Positions 29,164 to 42,890 of a DNA stretch of 64,000 bases are shown here, one piece after another (within the stretch, counting starts at the first letter, position 1; each line of letters starts with the position of its first letter). The position numbers and the translations under genes were made by a program. The notes beneath the pieces were generated by a model. The model was not told the origin of the DNA. It did no database searches and saw nothing but the letters and a program-made list of their open reading frames with translations. Source of the stretch: the human T2T-CHM13v2.0 reference genome, Homo sapiens; assembly GCF_009914755.1 (NCBI RefSeq), contig NC_060945.1. One strand, written 5' to 3'.

Positions 29164-29949
29164 GTTACCATCATAATCTGCTTTCATAAAGCAGAAATGC
29201 CTCTTTCCCCTTTCTCCAAATGTTGAAAGGCCTTGGAGGGGCAGGAGGCCCAGGCCTGGAGAAGCAGGTGTATTTTGCAAACACACCCCAGGGGGTTCTG
29301 ATTCAGCCTCACTCTCATTGTGATCCACTGGTTTAAATGTTAGCTTAAAACAGCATTTATCTTTTCACAAATAGCAATGACAGAAAGGACTTTTGCGATG
29401 ATTTAACCCATTCATTTTTATTCATCAGGAAAGGGAGAGCTCAGCTGGTGAAATGACTTCTCCAAGGTCTCCCAGGTTGTGAGGGTAGAGCTAGATCACC
29501 TACCAACATCCTCAAAGCTCCATCCACTGCTCTTCCTATGGTTAGATTCATCAATTTTACAAGATTATTTATTTCCCTGCCTTTTCTAACCAAGAGAGAT
29601 GTGGTTTCTGTGGATAAGATGCTTACATGGTTTTGTTGCCTTTGCTGCCGGAGGCACATAATGGGTTGAGGAGGTGAGACCCAAGGTAAATATGCCTGGT
29701 ATTCAATCTGGAGTGTCGTGGTATCAAGAAGATGAAGATAACTTGGAAGAGGTTTACAGGAGATCAGCTAAAATGATGAAATGAGGGAAGAGTGAAGCAG
29801 ATAAGGAGGGAATCCTTCACTAGGCAGCCAGTTGGCTGGAAGAAATCAGACTGCAGGACTTCCCTGAATATTTTCAAGCTGGGATATAAGGTTCATGCTG
29901 CTTGCAAGTTGGGCCTCAGCACTGGAAGTCTCCAAATTAGCTGTGGTGA

Positions 29950-31350
29950 AGGGAAATCAATGTCTTTGAGTCCATCAGTTGGTTCCATTTCTACTCCGTG
30001 GCCACTTTGCATATGAGCCCATCAAACAGTCAGTGAGGTGGCTGGGAAGGAAGTTGACTGATATCTACAGGGCTGATAATTTTGTCCACTGGTTTATTCA
30101 TTACCTTTCCCACTGTGGAGTAGGGTCTTTGGGAGAGAGTACACTTTCGGGAAACTTTTCTAGATGCTGATCCACATACCTCCTCAAACCTCCCTGTGGC
30201 TAATTCTCCAATCTTGTTCCTTCCATGTTCATGACCAGCTATCCAAACATTAGCCACAGCCTGAAGCCCAAGAGTCTGATAATGCTTTTGCACCTCAAGT
30301 TCTCTCACTGTCCAGCAAGAGTGGCCAACAAAGTGCTCCACTCACGCTTGCATCCTCTGAGATGGGTTCCCTTTACCCGCAGCCTTTAGGGCCATTCAAG
30401 AGTGAGGATGTAGAGCCAGTTGTTTAATTCTGGTTGGAGCAAGTGGATTAGGCAGATCCATCTGAGGCCACGCTTGGCTTTAAGCTGTCATAGGGAACGC
30501 CCCATGAGGCTGGAGGTTGAGTGGAGAGAAGGATGGCGGCATGGCAGGGGTGAGGCTGCTGCTCATGGAACAACTTGTGTCATCACAGCCTGCTTAAGCT
30601 CCCGCTTGACTGTCCCTCTGCCATTGATGATGGAGCTCTGTGGATCACATGATCACACTAGACTTTTGTTAAGGCAGAAAAACTGACCACTTCAACCGGG
30701 GCAATCCAGATCATGTGGCCATTTGGCATTCAACAATGCCACCAACATTGTTGAACTGCTGGCTAGGATCTAGTTTTTTTTTTTTTTTTTTTTTTTTTGA
30801 GACAGAGTCTCACTCTGTCACCCAGGCTGGAGTGCAGTGACGTGATCCTAGCTCACTGCAACCTCCGACTCCTGGGTTCAAGCAATTCTCCTGTCAGCCT
30901 CCCGAGAAGCTGTGACTATAGGCACAGGCCACCACACCCAGCTAATTTTTGTATTTTTAGTAGAGATGGGGTTTCACCATATTGGTCAGGCTGGTCTCGA
31001 ATTCCTGACCTCAGGTGATCCACCTGCCTCGGCCTCCCAAAGTGCTGGGATTGCAGGCATGAGCCACTGCACCTGGCTCAGGATCCAGTCTTATTGCAAT
31101 GGTTTGCACCACCGGCAAGAATTCACTGTCATCCCCACTTGCCTGTATCACTTGGTCTTAAAGCAAATTGCACTATGATTATACGAGGCCCAAGCAACCT
31201 AGGATCACATGCCTACGCCTGACTGCGAGGGTAGCTGGGAAAGAAAATATCTTGTGTTTTCAGCTTCTGTAGTGGGTGGGTAGACAAGCTTTATAAAAAG
31301 GGATTTTCTCCAATTACTAGAAGGGGATTCAGACGTTAGGCAGTCAAAAT
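29950..31350 (-). mobile_element. Probable old MaLR internal/LTR relic (MLT1-type), interrupted by an Alu
   Basis: ERVL/MaLR-like stretches (ggccatttggcattcaacaatgcc; ggatcacatgcctacgcctgactgcgagggtagctgggaa); subfamily and limits uncertain. Confidence 0.4.
30774..31079 (-). mobile_element. AluSx
   Basis: TSD aggatctagt/aggatccagt. Confidence 0.92.
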
Positions 31351-31762
31351 ATCTCCAATATATGTTTCCTCCACCCTTTTTGAAAAAATACAGAAAAATT
31401 TAAAGAAGAACATAAGAATAAAATGTAATCCAATAACTCAGAAATAAAAAATTTATTAAAATTTAGATGCGTTTCTTCCACATATCCTCTAATGAATATT
31501 TGTCTTATAAGAACAAATATTTCATGAGGTCAGGGATGTCATCTGTTTTATTTGCCACTGACTTCATACTAATAAATGCATGCCTAAATGAATGGTTGTT
31601 TCATAAATCTTCAACTAGTATTGCAATCATTTTTCATTATTAATAATGACCTTTATGCAATCAGTTTTAATGGCTAGGTAAGGTTTTATCCAATGAATGT
31701 AACATTACATTTCTAGTGAGCTGGGTCTGGTCTAAGAATGACACTGTTGGGAAATGAAGTGA

Positions 31763-32272
<510 letters not shown>

Positions 32273-32646
32273 TAACAAAACTGTTTCATGGTTGTTGGCT
32301 TGTTTGTGACACTCCTGAGGTTCTGGTGAAGAAGCAGAACACAGATGCAAATACAACAATGATGATGTGTTGATCAACTCGTGGATAGACATTGTTCTAA
32401 GTGCTTCACATATGTTATCTCATTGAGTTTTCACAACAACCCTATGAAGTATTATCCCCCAAGGTATAGAGAAGGTTTCACATTGCTGGTGTAATCCCAG
32501 AGTCTGCAGCAAGACGATCTGACTCATTGACATCATTCTAGGTGTGGTCTCAAATGAGCTTATTCAAGTGCATTTTTGGCAAAGAAGGACATGAATAAAA
32601 AGCACCGAGAAATGGGTGGGTTTTTTTCTCTTAAAATGATGGCAGG

Positions 32647-32930
32647 GGCTGGGCATGGGGTGGATCATGCCTGTAATCCCAGCACTTTGGGAGGCCGAGG
32701 CGGGCGGATCACGAGGTCAAGAGATGGAGAGCATCCTGGCCAACATGGTGAAACCCCGTCTCTACTAAAAAATACAAAAATTAGCCAGGCATGGTGGTGC
32801 TCACCGTAGTCCCAGCTACTCGGGAGGCTGAGGCAGGAGAATCGCTTGAACCTGGGAGGTGAGGTTGCAGTGAGCTGAGATCATGCCACTGCACTCCAGC
32901 CTGGCGACAGAGCAAAACTCCGTCTCAAAA

Positions 32931-32971
<41 letters not shown>
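32647..32971 (+). mobile_element. AluSc with an (AAAT)n tail
   Basis: gatcacgaggtcaagagat, cctggcgacag; TSD aaaatgatggcagg. Confidence 0.93.
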
Positions 32972-32973
<2 letters not shown>

Positions 32974-34096
32974 AATGATGGCAGGATGTATAACTCCTTT
33001 TGGGAACCACAGAAGCCCCTAGCTATTTAGAACAGGTTGAAAGACCTTTAATGATTTCTTTGGGAGAAGAGCTTCTTGGCAATTCAGGAAGACAGGTTGG
33101 TAACTTGGGGTTTACAGAGAATCTCCTTGCCCTGTTCTTTCTTCTTTGGCTCTAGAAACCCAAACAGGGCACCTCCTGAACTGGAATGAGAGAAGTACTC
33201 TCTGACTCATTCCACTGACTCTTGCCTCAATCCTCCTTTGACCTGGGCTTCTTATCTGATCAGGAGAGAGGAATATCTCATAACAAACCTCCATTTAATT
33301 GACTCCCCAAATTAATGAACACTCTTCACGCCCTCCCAAGAACACACACTAACACTTACAGCAAGTTGAATGCTCATAGCTAGTCAATGACTCTCTCGTG
33401 CACCCATGCACCCACCTGCTGATTTACCTGCTGTGCTTACCAAGAGTTAGTTACATTAGCTCCCAAACCTCTTTCTGCCATTTGTACTCATTGCTGTAAC
33501 TAACTAATTTAATTATTAGGGGAACCACTTTATTCAACAAATTGAACATCTACAGTATGCAAGGCAATGTTCTTCATGCTTGGAATAAATCAGTGAACAA
33601 GAAAACAAAGATCCCCTTTTTCATGACACTTATATTCTATGCAAAAAAAACATAATTACTTCACAGATAATTAAGTTGAATGCTTTGGTAAGATCCAACA
33701 AATGTAAGTTGCTTAAAATTTTTGCTTAATTTGGTGTGGTTGAGACAACTGTAAAAAGATTGAGAAAAATATTGCAAGGCTCTGGAAGGATTCCACACTC
33801 AGGATACTTCACAAGTGTCTTTAAATTCTCGTTCTATTTTAAAGAAATCATAACTAGAAATATACAGGCATGATTTGTACAAGAAAAACAACGAAGAAAT
33901 CCAATGAGCAAATCCAAAGGAAGGCCTTGGACTTACATCAAAAAATTTTTTACTTGTTTTACAGTAAAATGAAATGTTTAAGGTTAAATATTTATCTTTT
34001 TTTCTTTTTAAAAATGAATTTTCACTGTAAGTGGCTTTTTTGATTGACAGTCGACAACTAGTCCCAACAGAGCTGAATGAAAGTGTTTCTACTCTA

Positions 34097-34403
34097 TTTT
34101 TCTTTTCTTTTTTCTGTTTTACTTCTGAGACAGGGTCTTGCTGTTTTGCCCAGGCTGGAGTGTGGTTGCGTGATCACAATTTACCATAGCCTCCACCTCC
34201 TGGGCTCAACTGATCCTCCTACCTCAGCCTCCTGAATAGCTGGGACTACAGCCACGACCTGGCTAATTAAAAAAAATTTTTTTTATAAAGACGGGGTCTC
34301 ACTATGTTGCCTCGGTTGGTTTCGAACTCCTGGCCTCAAGGGATATTCTCACCTTGGCTTCTTGAAGTGCTGGGATTACAAGCATGCACTGCTGTGCCTG
34401 GCC
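34097..34403 (-). mobile_element. AluJo
   Basis: Diverged dimer; TSD tactctatttt/tactcttatttt. Confidence 0.87.
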
Positions 34404-34712
34404 TTACTCTTATTTTTCAAGGACTGCTTGAATCGGAATCACTAGGGAGCTGCAGCCCTGAATTGGAAGTTCTAGGGTGGGCCCAGAACAAACTCTCTAG
34501 GGATCAACTCAGAAGAGTTGGCTAGCGAGGGCTCTTCTGTCAATCAGGGCAAATTTCCTGAGTCCTTGGTTTGAACCTTCAATCTGGAGGATTAAGGCTC
34601 AAGGTACCATTTGGTGGGAAGGCCCTATCCTGTCTCCAGAGGGAAAAACCTTTTAGGGGTCTGTTTTTGACTTGTGTCATAGCAGAAACCTGGTATTACA
34701 AGAAAGGAAGTT

Positions 34713-35044
<332 letters not shown>

Positions 35045-35190
35045 TTAGATATTCCAAGGAGATGAAGAAAGAACCTTGTTCTTGAGCAGTTTATAATCTT
35101 GAGACAAACTCATTACAAATTACTAGGTTATATTACTAGACAGCAGACAGTATTATTAGTAGCAAAATCATATGCAATGCATCCGTTAGA

Positions 35191-35303
35191 ATGGTGAGAG
35201 TCTTGTGGTCCCAGGTTGCCCAGGACTAAAGGGTTGGCTGCTACACAGGGCTTTCAGTATTAAACTGAGATAGTCCCAGGCAAACATGATGGCTGGTCAC
35301 CAT
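35191..35303. mobile_element. MER94-like hAT-Blackjack MITE
   Basis: gtcccaggttgcccaggact...gtcccaggcaaac...ggtcacc, internally palindromic layout. Confidence 0.6.
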
Positions 35304-35981
35304 GGAGAAGGATCGATTTGCGTGCAAGCACAGCTGGGGAAGGCTTTGTAGATGAGGGAGATATCTGAGTGGGCGTTAAAGTCTAGAAGAATGTACAGCA
35401 GCCGGGAGCTAGGAGGAGAGAGGCAGAACTGTAATTTGAATGCATGAGCAGCCTCAGAGATTCCCAGCACTATTCGTTTAAATCCAGGTATTTAAAACCC
35501 AGTGTGTTTTTAGCGATCACTTGGCGTGTTGCTACAAGAAGTGTGACACAGCTAAGTGGTTCTGCGAGCAGAAGTGGTAACAGTTCATATGCACACCCAC
35601 CTCTGAGTACAGGTTAATTAGCTTGTGTTGGCAGAGCCTTTGAGTGTGTGCAGTACGCCCCACAACCCGGATATTATTAGCCAGTTAGCAACATCTTAAA
35701 AATACCACATTGCTGCAGTCCCTTCAGCTCTTGTTTCTTCCCAATTTCTTTGAAATAGCTGGATTCCTGCAGATTTCAGCATGAGCCTCTCACTGGTACT
35801 CAAGTGGACACAGTGCCTGACACCTGCGTGAATGTGATTACAAACTGACCCTGGGCCTGGGCTGCATTATTGCTCCGCTGCGGGGCCAATTTCCAAACAG
35901 TATGCTGCTGCATTCCTGTTAGAACAGGTTGCATTTATCCTCTCTGTCTCTTCTCTTGTTGGCCTGTTCGTAGACATGGTT

Positions 35982-35984
<3 letters not shown>

Positions 35985-36021
<37 letters not shown>
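35985..36021. repeat. (AC)18 microsatellite
   Basis: Read directly from the sequence. Confidence 0.97.
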
Positions 36022-36022
<1 letters not shown>

Positions 36023-36290
36023 CTTTCATATGCCATACATGTGATATCATAGACCATATGATATTACGTAATACATCTTATAATGAGAGATATGCTAGTG
36101 TCACCCAACGACCACAAACCCTGGATGACAGCCTGCTCTTGCTTGAGCTCAGGCTGAGTCCTATGTCCCTTGGGTGGGGCAGAAGAGGGAAGGGCTTCAG
36201 CACAGGCGACTTCCTCCCTGTCCAGAGCTGCTGCCACAGGAGTTGGGGGGTGAGTTGAGCCCCACCGTGGAGCCTGCTTCCTATTCACAG

Positions 36291-36349
36291 GCAGCTTCAA
36301 GCTTAGCCAGGCAAAACGACCGTGGTAATGGCTGAACTCTCAAAAGCAT
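36291..36349 (+). other. Candidate 59-nt exon
   Basis: Acceptor cctgcttcctattcacag| and donor cat|gtaagt in non-repeat DNA; no transcript evidence available. Confidence 0.35.
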
Positions 36350-36359
36350 GTAAGTGTGG

Positions 36360-36360
<1 letters not shown>

Positions 36361-36392
<32 letters not shown>
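36361..36392. repeat. (TG)16 microsatellite followed by a degenerate TG/TA tract to ~36530
   Basis: Read directly from the sequence. Confidence 0.97.
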
Positions 36393-36393
<1 letters not shown>

Positions 36394-36589
36394 AATGGGT
36401 GTCTATGTGTATATATGTATGCATATGAGTTTGGAGGCATGTGTGCTATATGTATGTATTTGGAGAGGGTGTGTGTGTGAGTATAGGTGTGTGTGGGGGA
36501 ATGGAATGGTATGTGTATGATGTGTTCATGTGATCCCAAGAGTTGATAGTTGTGCTCTGAGCCCCAGCAGTTGCACAAGTTTGCCAGCC

Positions 36590-36858
36590 CTCAGATGTGG
36601 GCGCAGAAGACATTCCTGGCTCCCTGTTCTGGCAAGAGAGTCGGTGACAGCCCTGCAGGGGGACTGGAGAATGGGGAGTCGGGGAGTCCCAGGTGTGGAG
36701 CACAGGAAGGGCGGGAGGCCGGTTTCCAGGCCTGGGCGAGCCTCCCATCCTCACCCCTCTCCCAGTTAGAGTGAGAGGCAGAGGGAGTGACAGGCTGATT
36801 TTGCTGCTAGCAGTCATCAGTCTCGGACCTGCTGCCAATCTGCGGAGCTGCTGTAAGC
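36590..36858 (+). promoter_or_regulatory. Candidate promoter and short non-coding first exon (donor ct|gtaagc at 36852/36853)
   Basis: Locally GC- and CpG-richer unique DNA; GC box gggcggga at ~36709; Inr-like tcagtc at ~36817; downstream 5' splice site. Confidence 0.4.
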
Positions 36859-37112
36859 AGCTCCCCGGCTATTGTCACTGAGCAGTGACACACAGATCGG
36901 ATGGGATCCTGTGCTTTGCGGCTCCACCCTCGGCTGGGGTCTCCTGAATAAGAAAGTGCACGCCCAGACAGGTCTGCCTCAGTCCTGCTCATGGGGGGCA
37001 TGCCAATTCCAGAGCTTCCCTGGATCAGGCTGCCCCTCTGCCAGCCCACCACGCAGGTGGGATGGAGTGAGCAGTCAGCAGAGCCGATTTTCCTCAGAGC
37101 TCTTATAAAGCC

Positions 37113-38288
37113 TGAGTAAAAACAAGCTCAAAGTGTTATTTCTATTCTCTCACTCCACAACAATTAACATAGAAGACTTCTGAGACCAAATGTGTGTGAG
37201 TTTCCCCCACACTCCAAGCAAGCAATCAGTCTGCAGCGGACACCAGCTGGCTGTACTCCAGTTGAATGCCATCTACCTGGAGCTAGCGTCACATCCCACA
37301 GGGCCAGGGGCTCAGCCCCCAAGGCTGCCCCCCTCTTCTGATGCCAATCATAAGCCCCTGGTTATTTTGCCTGTGCTTGTGACTCACCAGCTCTGAATTG
37401 GGGTTCCCACAACCTCCTCCTTTGGTTCGATTAATTTGCTGGAGCTGCTCACAGACTTCAGGAAATCCTTATGTTTACCAGTTTATTACAAAGGATATTT
37501 TAAGATATACAAATGAGGCTGGGCACGGTGGCTCACACCTGTAATCCCAGCACTTTGGGATGCCGAGGGGGGCGGATTACCTGAGGTCAGGAGTTCGAGA
37601 CTAACCTGGCTAACATGGTGAAACCCTGTCTCTACTGAAAACACAAAAATTAGCTGGGTGTGGTGGCAGGTGCTTGTAATCCCAGCTACTCGGGAGGCTG
37701 AGGCAGGAGAATCGCTTGAACCCCAGGAGGCAGAGGTTGCAGTGAGCCAAGATTGAGCCACTGCACTCCAGCCTGGGCGACAGAGTGATACTCCTTTCAA
37801 ACAACAACAACGAAAAGATACAAATAAACACTCAGATGAAGAGATACACAGGAGGAGGTCTGGAGGAGTCCTGAGCCCAGAGCTTCTGTCCCCGTGGAGT
37901 TGGGGTGTGCCACGGTCCAGGCACATGGTTGTTGTGTAAGCCCCTGTGTGTCTGGCTATCTGCTGGCTCTCTGAACCCCGTCCTTTCGGGTTTTTATGTA
38001 AGCTTCATTACGCAGGCATGATTGATGACATCATTGGGCATTGGTGAACAACTTGACCTTCAACCCCTCTCCCCTTTGCTGAGGTTGGGGAGGGGGCTGA
38101 AAGTCCCAACCCTCTAATCCCGCCTTGGTCTTTCTGGTGACCAGCCCCCATCCCAAAGTTATCTAGGGGTTGCCAGTCATCAGTCAAATCATTTACATAG
38201 AGAAGACATCACTTTGGAGACTCTGAGGATTTTAGGAATTATATGCCAGGAAACAAGATGAAAACCAGACGTGTTTCACAATATCGTA
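37113..38288 (-). mobile_element. MER21A/B LTR, interrupted by AluSx
   Basis: gaagacttctgagaccaaatgtgtg; catctacctggagctagcgtcacatcccacagg; terminus ttcacaatatc. Confidence 0.82.
37517..37815 (+). mobile_element. AluSx
   Basis: Full dimer with an (AAC)n tail; TSD aagatatacaaat/aagatacaaat. Confidence 0.92.
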
Positions 38289-38693
38289 GAATTCCAGAAA
38301 TGGAGGCTACTCTTGCAGGACTGCTATACATGAGCCTTGAAAAATCGATATGGCAGTACAATACACACTAGCCATTTACTGTTTGGTAGTGGAGGGAGGG
38401 GTGGAGTCTTACCAAGTAAAGCAGTGGTTTAAAAACACAGACAGATGGAGACATTTGAGCCCTGGAGTCTGAATATCAAAGATTCCTGGAAATTACAGAT
38501 TCCTGGGGTTTCTCTCCTGACAGGTTTGGACAAGAGTTCCTTGGCCTCTGGGTGTCCCCCCAACCCCCATCCCAACAGTGGTGCCCTCATAAATTATTGC
38601 AAAACTGACCCAGTGTGGTCTTAAGGAAAGGGAAAGATGTGTAAATAGGGGTTAAGGGCTATTTAAAGGGAACAATCTCCTCCCTCATATTAC

Positions 38694-38760
38694 TTTTTTT
38701 TTAAATTTTATTATTATTATACTTTAAGTTTTAGGGTACATGCGCACAATGTTCACGTTT
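38694..38760 (-). mobile_element. Extremely 5'-truncated young L1PA 3' end (~65 bp)
   Basis: ttattattattatactttaagttttagggtacatgcgcacaatg. Confidence 0.8.
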
Positions 38761-39115
38761 TTAAAATTGACTCACCAAAGGCCAGCATGGCCTGTGACCC
38801 TGTGCCTGCAGGCTCACATTTTCTAAATGACAAAGTGCTTCCTGCCTCCCGACAGCATTTCAGACAAGTCAACCTCGGGTCACTGTTTTTTTTTTTTTTT
38901 TTTTACCCGCTTAGAATTGATGGGTTCCCTTGGTCTTCGGTGAGCCCCTTCAGTGCTGATACCCATCTGGTTATTCTTCCTTTTTTCTCTCGGTCTTTCA
39001 TTCCTTTCTTTGACTTGTGTTGACAAAGCACCTAGGAATCATCCTTTTGAAAAAATTGTTTTACTCTTACTGTAGTCAGCAAAGTTCACTTTATATTTTC
39101 TCAATGTTCATTTTA

Positions 39116-39439
<324 letters not shown>

Positions 39440-39478
39440 TTATCGGTCTTTCTTATAAGCATTACTTACATTATAGAT

Positions 39479-39690
39479 CAGAGCGATGCACTAGAACTTT
39501 TCAAAATGATGGGAATGTTCTGTACCTGCACCGTCCTATTAAACTAGCCACCAGCCACCTGTAGCACTTGAACACTTCAAATGTGACTAGTGTGATCGAG
39601 AAACCACATTTTCAATTTTACTTAATTCTATTCAATTAAAATGTAAATAGCCGCATGTGACTAGTGGCTGCAGTAGCTAACCGTGTAAGT
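39479..39690. mobile_element. MER3 hAT-Charlie MITE
   Basis: tagaactttt...gatgggaatgttctgtacctgc...aaatagccgcatgtgactagtggct. Confidence 0.8.
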
Positions 39691-39855
39691 AGGGAACAAG
39701 TACGGATCTCCAAGGTGCTCCTCCTCCAAATCCCAGCAAATTCAGATTGCTTTTTCCTTGAGCAACCCAGGCACACTCCTTCATCCTTCTCTCGGCCCCC
39801 TTGGCATGAGAGGAAGTAGGCAAACACTCAGCTTTTTGCCCTGCTGTTCCTACAG

Positions 39856-39875
39856 CTCTGAGAGTCCTTCACACG
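39856..39875 (+). other. Candidate 20-nt microexon
   Basis: ctttttgccctgctgttcctacag|ctctgagagtccttcacacg|gtgagt. Confidence 0.3.
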
Positions 39876-40635
39876 GTGAGTAAGAGGTTGGGTTCGGAAA
39901 AGCTTGCTGAAATGTCATTAATATGGGTGAGAATATTTCAGTTCTTCGCCAAGCATTTTCTTTCTTGACACAACAGGTTTACCTGCTTACGCATAAAGGA
40001 AAGCAATGGCTAAACCCTGAAATGAAATGCCTGGGTCCCAGGTGGCTCATAGTTCTATTTCAATTTAATGCATGTTTAAACAAACGTAAGTTATTAGAGT
40101 TATGTACGCTTGAAGGTACTATATGACGAACATTTTGGGAGAAAGCTTATGGGAATTACAGTTACATAACCGGAGAAGAATTTGAAGAGTCCCGGGTTTG
40201 CATGGAGGAAAGAAGCTCAAGGCTGCATTTAAGCTTCCAACTGAGGCACTGTCTCTCTAAGACATTACTGGAATCTGACTGTAATTGGGTGACTGTTGGC
40301 AAAGACCTAGGATGAGGGAGACGATTAGGAAGCATCTGTTTATACAAAGAGGACAAAGGGACAAGGCATTTCCAGGGTGGAAAAAAACCTCAGACTTTTT
40401 AGCAAAAGTCAAAGGCAATGGTGAAACCCTGAAAGGAGGAAGTGGCTGGAAATATAGTGCAGACAATGGTGTACACCTGGAAAGGATCTAAAAACCCGAG
40501 AGAGCTCATCAGTGTCAGAAAACAAGATTGATGAGGCCTACCTGAGCGTGGGTGTCAGACAGAGACTATGTACGGGAACGATTCCTAGATTTGGAGAAGA
40601 GTTCTTGGTTAAAACAACAGGAGGTAGCCCTTTAT

Positions 40636-41775
<1,140 letters not shown>

Positions 41776-42301
41776 ACCAAAAATACAATAAATATTTATT
41801 GAGCACCTACTATGTGCTAGGGTTGTATCAGAGTAAAACACCTTTTCTTCCTCTAGAAACTCATTGCAAACAACTGCAACTCAAAGAAATAAGCACTAAA
41901 GTTCTAGAGTGCACAGAGGATAGGGGCAAACACTGTGTGGGGGTATAGAGAAGACTTCATGGGGAGGTGACATTTGAATGGGGTCTGGAAGGACAAGGGA
42001 GACACAGAGGGGGTGAGTCCAAGACAGAAATGACAGTGTGTACTAAATCAGGGAGAGGGTCAAGGCAATGTGTGTTGAGGTCAGTGTTGATACATTGGGT
42101 TGTGGGATTAGAAATGATGGATGGGGTAGGGTAGGTAGGCAGGAGATGACATGCAGAGGCAGGCTGGGGGTGGAAGAAGGGCTAAATGTGTCATATTAAG
42201 GAATTTGAACCTGATCCCAAAGGAAATGGGGAGTCTGAGGGCTCTGGAAATGTTTTAACCAGGAAAGTGTGCCGATTTATGTGCAGGAAGCTAGTGGGCA
42301 T

Positions 42302-42890
<589 letters not shown>

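Noticed and set aside
36195-36236. REST/RE1-like half sites (ttcagcac; ctgtcc...tgctg)
   Set aside because: Spacing and orientation do not match the canonical RE1, and there are too many mismatches.
36250-36290. gtgagt...cag as an intron between two exons
   Set aside because: At 41 nt it is below the practical minimum for a human intron; the sites are more likely alternatives or chance matches.
36760-36858. Naming a host gene for the candidate first exon (vague impression of the distal RPH3A promoter on 12q24)
   Set aside because: I cannot verify this from the sequence and no coding exon is present. A BLAT search would settle it, so no symbol is assigned.
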